NCBI RefSeq assembly: GCF_036321535.1
Contig: NC_087436.1
Location: 74,712,001 to 74,772,000 of the forward strand
Reading direction: 5' to 3'
DNA from: Camelus dromedarius
Taxonomy: Eukaryota
Length of the DNA: 60,000 nt
Made by a program: the position numbers and the translations under genes. The notes below the pieces were generated by a model. The model made no database searches. It was not told the origin of the DNA and saw nothing but the letters and a program-made list of their open reading frames with translations. Below are positions 23,634 through 35,685 of this stretch, piece by piece (position 1 is the first letter of the stretch; each line of letters starts with the position of its first letter).

Positions 23634-24121
23634 TGTGTTGGATATTTCCCATTTGCACTTTCAGGTCTCTTCCCCCACCCCTACCCATTGCTCTGTGCCC
23701 TGAGAAGTTGACCCATTTGATTGCTTCACTGGATGCCTTGCCCTCTAGCTTCTGGTTGGTTTGGCCGGTGAGAGGCAGCAGCAGGAGCTGGGTGGATGGA
23801 AGGAGAGTGAGTTCAGGTAATATTCCCTCAGCTTCCATCATGTCAGGTCATTCCATACTGTATGTTGGATGCATCCTCTACTGAAGGCCACACCTCCCAT
23901 CAGCTGGTCCTCCCCTGCAGTGATTCTCTCTGGGTTCTGGGAACTACTCTCTTTTTCCTTGGACCTTTGGGCCTAGAGATAGTCCCAGTTCCTGTTGAAG
24001 CTGAACCCAGGGATGCTTTTTCCCTATGGGTTTCCTTTCCCTTGTCTACACTTTTATAAATGGCCCCTGTGTTAAATTCTACTCAATGACACATTTGAGT
24101 GCACCATTTGTTTCTAGATAC
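23634..24121 (+). mobile_element. ERVL-class LTR (LTR33-like)
   Basis: tgtgttggatatttcccatttgcactttcagg...ctctgtgccctgagaagttgacc...atttgagtgcaccatttgtttc. Confidence 0.7.
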
Positions 24122-24129
24122 AGCAAGCC

Positions 24130-24830
24130 TGCCATTTATTCACCCTTTCATTGCCTCACAAATCATGAGTGAGTAACCATTTCTGGCCAGGAACTATTCC
24201 AGGGAATGGGACACAAAGGAGAATCAGACATTCTGTTTTCCACAAGCTCAGTTCTGGTGAAGGGAACAGTGAAGCGAACAGTGGTGGAGGTGGAGTTGTG
24301 ATGAGAGATATTATTAGCATTTTTGTTCTGAGAGGACACGAGGAGGTTCCTAAGTCACTCTGGGGAGTCTAGCAGAGAAATGCTTTCTGGAGAAGATAAA
24401 ATGTATTGATCCTCGAAGAAAGCAAGGAAATTAGCCAGGTGGATGGAAAGGGTGAAAAAGAGAGGAGATGTACTAGAGGAAACAGCCCTGGAAAAATGCT
24501 AGGAGGAGGACCGACTGAGGGGGACCAGCTTACAGACGGCACTTGAATGAATGATGGAAGACTGGGTCAGTCAATAAAATCACCTCTCTCTCTCTCTTTT
24601 TTGCTGAGGCAGAAGTTTTGTCTTTATCTCAGACATTGTGCGGAGCCAGAGAAGGACTTCTGTGTTTTAGAAAAATCTCTGTGGATGCAACATGGAGAGT
24701 GGGACCCTGAAGACAGTGAAGACAGTTGGGAGGGCAGAGCAAAGTAGTGAGAAGTAAGGGCTTACTGAGGGTGGTGGCAGAGTGGATGCCGAGGTGGGAG
24801 GAGTCAAGAGAAAGTCTCTGTGAGTGGGCT
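24130..24830. mobile_element. L2 fragments
   Basis: Degenerate L2-like motifs (tttagaaaaatctctgtggatgcaacatggaga; ggaaattagccaggtg). Confidence 0.45.
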
Positions 24831-25041
24831 TTTGACTACATCGCTTGCAGCTGCTTTCTCACTTTAAACAGGGGATAGAGAAATACAGGCATGGAAAGGC
24901 ATTGGGAAGTTCTAGATCTGTTTATATTCTAAATTAGGCTTCTTTGGACATTTTGAAGTTCAATATCATATTAGTGTTGTAAAAGGTCAAATAATACTAC
25001 GATATATCTGTATATGTAACATCACCAGCTGCATCCAAGTA

Positions 25042-25518
25042 TAGACACATCTTGGAGATAATGTGGGTTTGGTTCCAGACCACTGTAATAGAGTAGCTCA
25101 ATAAAGTGAATCACACAGAATCTGTTGGTTTCCCAGTGCATATAAAAGTTATGTTTACACTACACTGTAGTATATTAAGTGTGCAATTTCATTATGTCTA
25201 AAAATAATATGCATACCTTAATTTAAAAATACTTTATTGCTAAAAATTGCTAACCATCATCTGAGCCTACAGGGAGTCGTAATCTTTTTGCAACAGTAAC
25301 ATCAAAGATCACTGATCACAGATCTCCATAACAAATATAATAATAATGAAAAAAGTTGAAATATTGTGAGAATTAACAAAATGTGACACAGAGACATGAA
25401 ATGAGCAAATGCTGTTGGAAAAATGGGGCTGATAGACTTGCTTAACGCAGGGTTGGCACAAACCTTCAATTTGTGAAAATGCAGTATCTGCCAAGTGCTA
25501 TAAAACGAGGTGTGCCTG
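25042..25518 (-). mobile_element. Internally deleted Tigger1 derivative (Tigger1a-type, TcMar)
   Basis: Both Tigger1 ends are present (ggagataatgtgggtttggttccagaccac and aaaacgaggtgtgcctg), with TA TSDs at 25040-25041 and 25519-25520. There is no transposase. Confidence 0.88.
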
Positions 25519-26119
25519 TAACAAGTTAGAAAGCAACAAATCCAAGCTTCCAAAGGGCAGCCCAGCAACACAGAGTTCTTCCCGCTGTGCTGTGTGGCAT
25601 GAGGGCTGCCTTCCACCACCTGCTCCCCCGGCTGCCTTTGTTCTTCCAAGAGCAGGCCCAGGATCCAGGCAGGCATCAGAAGGCAGGGAGATGGCAATTA
25701 GTTCTGATGAATAACCTATTGGAATTAGTCCAGTTCAGAATATGAGTTAAGAAAACTGACACCAGAATCGCTGTTGGCACAAGCCCTAGTTCACCTTTTG
25801 GTCAGGGGAGGGGAGCGTGAGCTAGGAAAGCAGAAGGATTGGTAGCACTAGGATTCTGAAGCAGTTTGCCTTGGTTCAAAAGTAACAGATCTGAAATAAA
25901 GCTGTTGAAATAAAAATTGGGGTCCTTTCCCCGCACCTTTGCCCTCTGCACCTCCATCCCTAAGGGGAGCTCCTGGGGCAGGAAGAATATTTTGTCTGTC
26001 TTCTCTTGTGGGTCAGGGGTATCTCACTGGAAAAAATACACATAGGGTCACAAGTCAGTGGCTCTGCCAACCGCATACAGCCCTTCAAACTCACTTGCTT
26101 GACAACCTCAATTGGCACA

Positions 26120-27425
26120 CTTAACGCTTAAGAGCAGGGCCTTGGAATTTGAACAACCTGAGTTTAAATCCTGCCTCTGTCTCTTACTAGCTGTGTAACT
26201 TGGAGAAAATTGCTTGATCCCTCTGAACCTGAGTTTTCTCATTCATAAACTGGAGTATCAATATTTATCTCATGGAGGCTCAGGGGGCTGAGTGAACCAA
26301 AGTATGCAGATTGCCTGGCTCAGAGGAGTGACTCAAAGGGTAGGAACTTTTACTATTTGAATAGTAAATTAGAGACGGGTGGTCAAATTAGGAGCTGAAG
26401 CTGTACCTCCATTTTTGTGGTTGCCATCCACTCAGGCTGGGGAGCAGTGGGAGACTTCCAGAAGGTTGCCTCAGGCTTGGGTTGGCTTTTGCCTAGAAGA
26501 CTGATGATTAACTGTGGAATGTTGGCTGGCTCTTCTGCAGTGAGGACTGTCATGTGTCTAGTTTTGAACTGGACTGTTTGGTGTTTGAGCTTTCTGTGCA
26601 AGAAATCAACTGAGAAAATACTGGGAGAGGCATGTGGGGAGGTAGCTTCTCCAGCTGGATTAGCTTCACTTTTGCAATGTTATTACATGACTTTTAGGTG
26701 AATGTTCTCACTGACTTTGGAGCCTGCAGAAGCAAGTCGATTCTTTCATCCACTTGCCTCTTGGATGTGAACTTGGTATCATTCCCAGTTGATCCATGCG
26801 TTATTTATACATTTGTGATATAGGGCTGACCATTTCCCTTTTATAAAGGAACCTCTTTTCTTTGGACCTCTCAGCATGTTATGTCCTCTTTCTTCTTCCT
26901 TTGTTTTTAAAATTTTTTTTTATTAGGAATGTGTTTTATTGAACTATAGTCAGCTTACAATATTATATTAGTTTCAGGTGTGCTTATCTCCCTTCCTTTC
27001 TGATTACAGAAGAGGGAATGCAGGGTGCTGGCTAAAAGCAAATATTCTAGAGCCAGACTGCTTGGTTTTGAATTGAGGTTGTTACTTTGGGCCAATTAGT
27101 CATCCTCTTGTGGCTCAGATTTCTCATGTGCAACATAAATACTAATACTAGGATTGTTGTGGGGATTAAATGAGCCACTATGTATTGCATGTAGATCAGA
27201 CCTGGGCGATAGAAGGTGCTGTATGTGTTTGTGCCATGATCTACTCTAGTTGCTTGTCATTCCTATCACTAATCAGCCCTCACAACAATCTTACAGTAAG
27301 TGCTTTTTATCGCCATTTCACATATGAGGAACTGAAACTTGGGGAGGTTAGCATGAGGGCACAAAGCTAATAAACCCAGGTTTGTCTGGTACATCCAAAG
27401 TCCATGTTCTTAACCACTGCTTACC
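26120..27425. mobile_element. MIR fragments (~26120-26360, 27020-27230, 27260-27425)
   Basis: cttactagctgtgtaacttgg...ctctgaacctgagttttctcatt and catttcacatatgaggaactgaaactt. Confidence 0.65.
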
Positions 27426-27974
27426 CTTCTCTCACAGGAGGTTTTCTTTCTTTCTTTCTTTCGTGTTGTTATTTTGTCTTTAAAACACATTCTTCTTAAG
27501 CGTGTTTGGCAATTTGACTGATGCTATCTGGCTACCTTGGAAGAGGATCTCCTTTCTCCTGACTACAGACATGTGAAAACTCAAGATAAAAGTGAATGGT
27601 TGGAATTAGTAAATTTCCAGAAAGCACTGGTAGCCATCACAGGAACAAATAAATCAATTGTAACTAGTTGTCTACTGACCTATTGCCTTAGACTTGGTTG
27701 CACCCCAGCTTGATTCCAACTGACCTCTCACCTCCAGGCTTAACCTCCCTGCATCTATCCTCTGTGCAGCTATGTGATTTAATCTAGGTATACATGCTAC
27801 TTCTCAAATTTTTGCTCTAAATTAACCCTAAAGATGGAAAAGTGCCCTCAGGGAAATTTGGGGGAGGCATAAAGTAGTCTGCTCTTACTGTAAGATTTCT
27901 TTGAAGACTTATGTTTTAACTTTAAAAATTCACACAAGTTTTGCAATGTATTCCCTTTTCTTATTGTTATTTTT

Positions 27975-28740
27975 CTTTTAAATAAATGTTTTATTTAGGA
28001 ATAATCGTAGGTTTTACAGAAATGCTTCAGGGACAGTAAAGAGAGTTCCAAATACCCCTCACCCAGTTTCCCCTAATGTTAACATCTTATACAACCATGG
28101 CACATGTAAAAAATTATGAGATTAACATTTATATACTGCAACGAACTAAACTCCAACTTTACTTGGATTTCACCAATTTTTCCACTAGTATCTTTTTTTT
28201 TTTCTTTCTGTTCCAGGATCCTATCCAGGGTACTACATTGCATTAAGTTAGGGTATCTCCTTACTCTCTTCCAGCCTGTGACCATTTCTCAGTCTTTCCT
28301 TATTTTTCATTAACTTGATTAAAAAGTACTGGTCAGGGTTTTGTAGATTGCCTCTCAATTTTGTTCCCCTTGTTGTTTCCCCATGACTAGATAGGGTTAT
28401 GGGTTTTGGGGAAGACTCCCACAGGGGTGAAGCATTCTCGTCACACCACATCACGGGGTCTGTAGTAGCAACATACTTGACCGCTGGTGATGCTAACCTG
28501 GGTCACTTGGGTGAGGTAGTGCTTGCCAGGTTTCGTCACTGTAAAATTATCATTTCCCCTTTCCCTACTCTGTTCTTTGGAATTGAGTCACTAAGTTCAG
28601 CCCACACTCAAAGGGAGGGGAATTAAACTCCAACTTCTATGTGAGGGAGTATGAACATATGTTACTTGAAATTCTTTTGTTAGGAAGATTTGCCTCTCCT
28701 CCCTTGTTTGTTAATTAAATTGTTTACTTATGTTGGTTTG
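27975..28740 (-). mobile_element. Old L1 3' end (L1MB/L1MC-like)
   Basis: cccctcacccagtttcccctaatgttaacatctta; ttccaggatcctatccagg; gtgcttgccaggtttc. Confidence 0.75.
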
Positions 28741-31700
28741 GGTTGCTATTATCTTAACATAAAACAATGCTTTTTACCCCCAAAGCTACAAATAGAATTG
28801 ACTTTCCAGAAACATGTGTATCCTGAGGATTCTCATACTTCCTAGCATGCAGTTTGAGAAGCACATGCAAACTCAAGCCCCACTAGGTCACTTCCTCACT
28901 TCCTTTGAATCATAAGCCTTAATAATACTTGCGAATGGAAGAATAGACGGATGATACACACAGGTGAGCTATGAAAATCAAGCATTGTCTGCAGGTAAGG
29001 ATATTTGACTCTTAACACGTGTGTCTGACCAATGAGCTATTTATATTCCTCCTTCTCCTTTTGAAATTCCTTAGAGCATACCCATAAATCTTCCATATTA
29101 AGATTTAGTGCTAGAGGGTAAGTTGATTCAGCCACCTTTCGAATAAGACTCTAAGTTATTTCCTCAAAATACGTCTTTAACAACTCTGTAACCTTTACAA
29201 TGCAATAAAAAAGCAAGGAAGGGGAGAAGTACCTCTAAAATCCTCTAAAATAGGAAGCCTAAAGAGCATCCGGGCATCCGGAGGCTTGTTTTCACCTGCT
29301 GGAGGTCAGGGACCAATTGTAGAACTGAAAGTAGCTCCTACGTGTTCTTATTGGTCTGCACCCAAGAAGTAGGCGGGGCTTTGAGTATAAAAATGAGGAA
29401 GGCTGACAGAGGCTCTTGATTGTTCTCCTGCTGCTGCTGGGTGTGGGTGGAGGCCAATGGGGGAATGTAGTCTCAAGTTTTACAGGCGTGCTGTGTCCTA
29501 AGGAGTTCGCTGATAGCAAGGGTTGGGGTGGGTAGAAAGAGCCAAACTTCGGAGAGCTCAGGGGAAGTTTGGGTTTAGCTTACTTTAGAAGTGAAGGGTA
29601 AAGGAAAACAAAGAAAAAAGTGAGAGAATCTAAGCAAACAGATTGAGAAACTGCAAAGAAGGGAAGTCTGTTGTGTGCAAAGAAAAATACCTTTTAGGAG
29701 CTGAGGGCAACCTCCTGAGCTCACTTTTTCAGGCATATCTTCTTTCTGCTCTATCTGCAACTTGAGAAACTTAGTTACTGGGATCTCCGAAGTTCTCAGA
29801 GTAGCTGAAGATAGGACCTTGAGTTCTGAAGTTTCTTCTGCTCAAATCTTTTTGAGAAGTCACCTGCTTTTTCTGTCTATTTCTGCTTAACCTCTAGCAT
29901 AAAAAATACTTCAGCAAAACTACTTTTTCAGCTAACGTATTGCACGTGTATAAGCCCCCTTAGAAAGAAATACACAGGTTTAGAGTTTCTATCTCTAAAG
30001 CAAATTCAGTAACCTTGCTTTCTTCATGAAACTTCTAAATTCCTTTCAACCAGCCTTTAGTTAAAATCCTAAAATCTCTATTGGAGAGAAACTTCTGTTT
30101 AGAATAATGGCAGAAAATGAAGAAAAACTTGCTCCTCTCTTACCTACTTTAAAAACTAACAGTGGGATCAGCTTCGGTGAGAGCCCTGGGAGGGAGATGT
30201 AGACTATTGAATTAGACCTCTTTGAGAGAAGGAAATATCCTTCATGATGTATTAGTGCAGAGTAGAACTCAAGTGAACTTCAAGCAAGCATCATGAGGCT
30301 CTTGAGCATTTTTACCAGGGAGTTAATCTTAACCACGTTGCCTTTGAAAGCCATTGTCTGATCTGAATATAAAACCCGTGGGCTGACCCTTACCTTCTAC
30401 CTGGATGTTGGAGTGAGGGGGCTGGGCAATGTATTACTTCACATTGGGCTGTTCAGTGTCAGATCTGCTCACCTGAGAACATTTTTCTGCTAGGTAACTG
30501 GTCTGGGGAAGCTTTTGTGGTTGGGAAAAGTGAGGGAATTTCACCTGGTTAAGATAGCGGTTACCTGGAGCACTAAGGATTGAGAGGCTTCCTTGAGCTT
30601 AGGGTGAATCCCTGGCAAAGGGAAAGGGGATAATGGAGGGCGTCTTTGTGACGGACTTGAGAGCATTCTATGTTCACTATCCTGAGTGATTTCACAGGTG
30701 CTACATAGCAAATTGTATTGAAATTCCTGTATGTCAACTACGTAAGTCTTTCTCTTCAAACCCATGCTATAGCCAAAACACCTGGGTCTACTTTAAGAAA
30801 ACCTGGAAAAGTGCAGAAAAAGTACAAGAGTAAAGGACATACACCTTTGTCTTAGCCTTGTCCGTGGTGGGTGTGTGTTATTTTGCTTCCATTATACTCA
30901 TGAAGGACGCCAAGTTCAAGGAGCACAAAGATACTGACTTTGGTACTGACTGCTCAAGAGTTGTGTAGTCCACCGGCAGTCTGCTTGGTATCAAACTTCT
31001 TGACAGATGAGATCAGGGATGTTGAGAGTCACAGCCTTTCCAAGCAATGCTACTACAGTTACAACTAGGACTGAGGGGTTTGAGGCATGTGGGGCCTCCT
31101 GTAAGCAGAAGCCCAGGGATAAGGGTGGGTGGCTGTTTCTCTATGGCTGCCTAACACTGAAATCAATTTTGTGACTGCTCAGCCTGTGGTGTCCTCACCT
31201 GTAACTGTCAATTTATGTTTAGGAAATGTCTCTGCTTCCAAGAATTGCAAAAGCATCTATACCAGTGACTTAATTCTGTCAACCAAGAATTGGGTGAAAT
31301 TTCAGTGTGAATTCTAAGTTATGAAGTGCACGGTGTGGATACCTTGTCTGTTAGCCTCCTCCATTTCTGTAATCCTTAACCACTATAAAAACCGAGGAAA
31401 ACTAAAAACGAAAAGCCAATATGAATATGCAAATATACTTCAGATCTATAAAATACCTCAGTGGATTACAGGCAAAGGAAAAATCCGACCTCTCAATACA
31501 AGACTCAGAGAAGTTTGCCTTTCCCACCTTAGAAATGCAGGGCAAAACAATTGCCAATTTACTTGTTTACTCAGTTAACCAATTTAAGGGACTCAGTGGC
31601 AGATGAGTCCTGTGCAGCTAGGTGGTGTTACTGCATACGCCTCTGGCTCTAGATCCCAAGCTAGCGTATGTTGGGTTAGGAGGAGACAACTTCATAATTT

Positions 31701-32633
31701 TAACCATAACTAGAGTAGGGAGAAAGGGGGTTGAATAACATCAAGTTTCTCAATTCTAAACTTTCAGAACAAGACATGGAATAGTGCAGGATTTCCCTCT
31801 GCCCATGGAAACTAGGCCATGACTCAGGTTGCTCCTGTGTGGTCACCTCCGTGAGCTTTGGCCTGAAGCACATTCTGCCTGCTTTCTGGTCACTGTGCTC
31901 ACTTCAGCCTGAACTTCTGCTTATGTCTTCTCTTAACCTATCTGGGATTCAGCTTTTATAAAGTTCAAATCCTGACTAGCCCTTAGCTTTAATCGAAATT
32001 TCTCAGTTCTGCCAAGACCATCTTGGGTTCAGCTCATTCTCTGGGTTTCTGCTTAGCATCCGATGTTGACCTGGAGCTGGTCAGCACGGGTGCAACGGCT
32101 ACTGTCGCAGGAGGTTGGCTGTAGCCATGTATCATTTCTTATCACCAAATCTGTCTCTAGTTGAAGAAAATTACCTTTATCTTGTAATAAGCCACTCAAA
32201 CAAGTACTAAGCAATGAAAAGAGGGTAGTAAAATGGTCAAAAGTGAGAGAATTTAATGATAGAAATTGGAAGCAGGTGAACTTAAACCTGTGCTTCTAGA
32301 AGCAGTTAGTTTCTTTGGAGGGATTTGTTAAAGATCTGTTATGATCAAGATCCCGTTCCCCATAAACCTACATGTAGGCGAGTCAATATTAGATGTTGTA
32401 ACTAAAGCCAATGGCTTTGACCTTTTGTGGAATCCTGATACATAGCAAAGTACAAGCCTGCTGTAGAAGCAGCAGGGGAGAAATTTATGCAAAATCTTTT
32501 GACGAGACTACTGCCACAGCTGGCCCAGAGAATCCCCAAGATGCCGGGCAACAGCTTCTGAAAGTGCCTAGCTATACTTCTGCTTGTTGGAAGATGCTCA
32601 CCCATTAGCATTCTCAGAAAACATCAGTCCTGT

Positions 32634-32762
32634 GGGGGAGGTGTATAGCTCAAGTGGTAGAGCGCGTGCTTAGCATGCATGAGGTGTTGAGTTCAATCCC
32701 CCTACTTCCTCTAAAGATAAACCTAATTACCCAACCCCCCACCAAAAAAAAAAAAAAAAAAA
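32634..32762 (+). mobile_element. tRNA-Ala-derived SINE (vic-1-like)
   Basis: gggggaggtgtatagctcaagtggtagagcgcgtgcttagcatgcatgagg...aaacctaattacc plus poly(A). The TSD is agtcctgt/agtcctat. Confidence 0.92.
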
Positions 32763-33756
32763 GTCCTATTAAGGGAGACACCTCAAGCTTGCAGCTGTGG
32801 TCAGTGTTAACTTCTCACTGGCTGCCCCTAGGGAAACTCCTTATCTAGGCCTAATCTTGTTTCTTATGATCAACTTAAGCTTAAGAACTGGTCACACTCT
32901 GGGCCTTATGGCTTCCATGCTGTCTGTTTCAGGACATCAGAAATCTGAGGTCTTAAATGGGATGGGAGTGGAGTTGGAGAAAATACTCTCTTGAAGGAAC
33001 TTAAGTCTTGATAGAGTTCTGAACCCTTTGATCCATAAAGCAACTTGCTACCAACAGCCCTTTCAGGGATCTAATTGTTTATTTGGAATGGCTGGGGTCT
33101 TTTCCTGCCCGGAATCCTTTAGAAGCCTGTGGGTGAGAGATGTGGTGGCCAAAGGCTTCCCAAGGCAAGTGGGTTGCCCTTCCCCCACCTTGCACACTAG
33201 CCCCCGGGTCTCATGACCATGGCTCTAGAGTGAGTGTCTGGCTGGCAGCAAGCAATTCTCTGCTAAAGCCTGTGTGGAGAGATTGGTCTGAGGACGACTG
33301 TAGTCAACACCCCTGTGCTGAGTGCACTCGGGAAGGAGGCGGCTTTGCCCTCTAGAAGCCTTACAGCATAGCTTGAAGGAGGAACAAAGACCCAGCTGTG
33401 ACTCCTGGTCACAGTGCTGCACATCTCCCCACAGAAAAGGGTAGGGGCATGTGGGCTGGGAATTAGAATTGACTTGCAAGTCTGGCTTACTTTCTTTGAA
33501 GCAGCTTTGAGAACCATGCTGGAGTAGACCGTCAGCTTTGGCCTTAACTTTTCATTACAATGCCCTTGTGTCTAAACTTTAGTGCCTAATCTGGGTGTGA
33601 CTTTTTTCATTTAGATGATAGAGGGGCTTGCAGAACCTACTAGAAAGTGGAATGGAGGGGAATGAGGCTTTTCAGTAGCAGGAAAGCCCCATAGATGACC
33701 AAAAATGTGGTCTCACTTCCCTCATGTGATGCCCTCATGGAAACGAGTAAGTTTTG

Positions 33757-35095
33757 ACATTCTGACATAAGTCGTAGCAATGTTTTCCTAGGTCAGTCTA
33801 TCAAGACAGTAGAAATAAAAGCAAAAATAAATGAAAAAGACCTAACTAAACTTACAAACTTTTGCAAAGGAAACCGTAAACAAAATGAAAAGACAACTTA
33901 CAGACTGAGAAAAAATATTTTCAAATGACACAACTGACAAGGGATTAACTTGCAGAATATACAAACAGCTCATACAACTCAATATAACAAACTCAATAGC
34001 AAAAAAAACAAAACAAAACAAAAAACAAACAAAAAAAACCCCAATCAGAAAATGGGCAGAAGACCCAAATAGATATTTCTCCAATGAAACAGACGTTTCT
34101 CCTATACAGACATTAGATGGCCAGTAGGCACATGAAAAGATGCTCAATATTGCTGATTATCAGAGAAATGCAAATCACAACTGCAATGAGGTATCACCTC
34201 ACACCAGTCAGAATGGCCATCATTTGAAAGTTCAATGATAAATGCTAAAAGAGGTTGTGGAGGAAAGGGATCCATCCTACACTGCTGGTGGGAATGCAGT
34301 TTGGTGCAGCCATTGTGGAAAAAACAGTATGGAGATTCCTCAAGACTAAAAATAGACTTACCATTTGATCCAGCAATCCCATCCTGGGCATGCATACACA
34401 GGGGACCCTAATTCAAAAAGACACCTGCACCCCAATGTTCATAGCTGCACTATTTACAATATCCAAGACATGGAAACAACCTAAATATCCATTGACAGAT
34501 GACTGGATAAAGATGTGGTATATTTATACAATGGAATACTACTCAGTCATAAAAATGAGAACATAATGCCATTCTCAGCAACATGGATGTCCCTGGGGAA
34601 TGTCATTCTAAGTGATGTAAGCCAGAGAGAAAGAAAAATACCATATGATATCACTCATATGTGGAATCTAGGTTCCTTAAACTAAAAATAGTTACCATAT
34701 GATCCAGCAATCCCATTCCTGGGCATATATCTGGAGAAAACTCCAAATTTGAAAAGACACCTTCACCCCAGTGTTCATAGCAGCACTATTTATAATATGC
34801 AAGACATGGAAACAACCCAAATATCCATTGACAGATGACTGGATAAAGATGTAGTATATACAATGGAATACTACTCAGCCATAAAATGTCATTTGCAGCC
34901 AATGTGGTTGGACCTAGAGATTATCATACTAAGTGAAGTAAGTCAGACAAGTATCATGATATCATTTATATGTGTATATATAGCACAGGGAACTATATTC
35001 AATAACTTAACCTATAATGAAAAAATGTAACTGACTCACCATGCTATGTACCAGAAACTTAACACATCATAAATTGTAAATATACTTCAGCAAAA
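33757..35095 (+). mobile_element. Composite L1 3' region with an internally repeated segment
   Basis: L1 ORF2 end and 3' UTR. Segment ~34333-34670 is followed by a second homologous segment from 34671. The flanks share taagttttg (33748-33756 and 35096-35104). Confidence 0.9.
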
Positions 35096-35499
35096 TAAGT
35101 TTTGTGATAGAGAGGAAAGCGTAGAAAAGCCTAGGATGGCTTTTGGTAGGTACTACTGCTTGTGAGGTGTCTTGAAGCAGTTTGGTGAATTTGGAGGGAT
35201 GTTTAGCCATGGTTAAAGGACAAGCAATAATCACCTGAAGATTCTTTGATCTTTGGGGGTTAGGAGCTTCCAGGTAGGAGATGGGATGTGGAAACAGAAC
35301 AATACTGTGATCTCTACTTCTCTGAAACAGTGCTCTCATCTCAAAGAACCCTCAACTTCTACTGAACTAGTGTATGTGGAAAAGTTCTAGATCAAAGTTC
35401 TCTGCACATTCTTCATAGAGAATTAATAGGGAACTTTAGAATGGTGCTATTCAAGAGACATGAAAAACACAAGTACAAGCCACATACATAAATAAGTGT

Positions 35500-35685
35500 T
35501 GTAGCCCCATTAAAAAAAAAAGTGAAATTTAACGTTAACCCAGTAGATAAAATACATTTCAATGTGTAAAATAATGAGCTTATATACTTTTTTGAGGTTT
35601 GGTATGCATTTTAAACTGAGAGCACATAAGTGTAGCACCCTCTCAAATGTTCAGTGGCTAGTGGTGAGTTATGTTGAATTAGATG
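35500..35685. mobile_element. Degenerate MER33/MER3-like hAT element
   Basis: aagtgaaatttaac...ttaacccagtagat...catttcaatgtgt...ggtatgcattttaaactgagagcacat. Confidence 0.45.

Noticed and set aside
32634..32710. Possible tRNA-Ala(AGC) genes (also at 12034, 18018, 38867 and 43012)
   Set aside because: The acceptor stems are altered, and SINE tails, poly(A) tracts and TSDs identify them as SINE copies.
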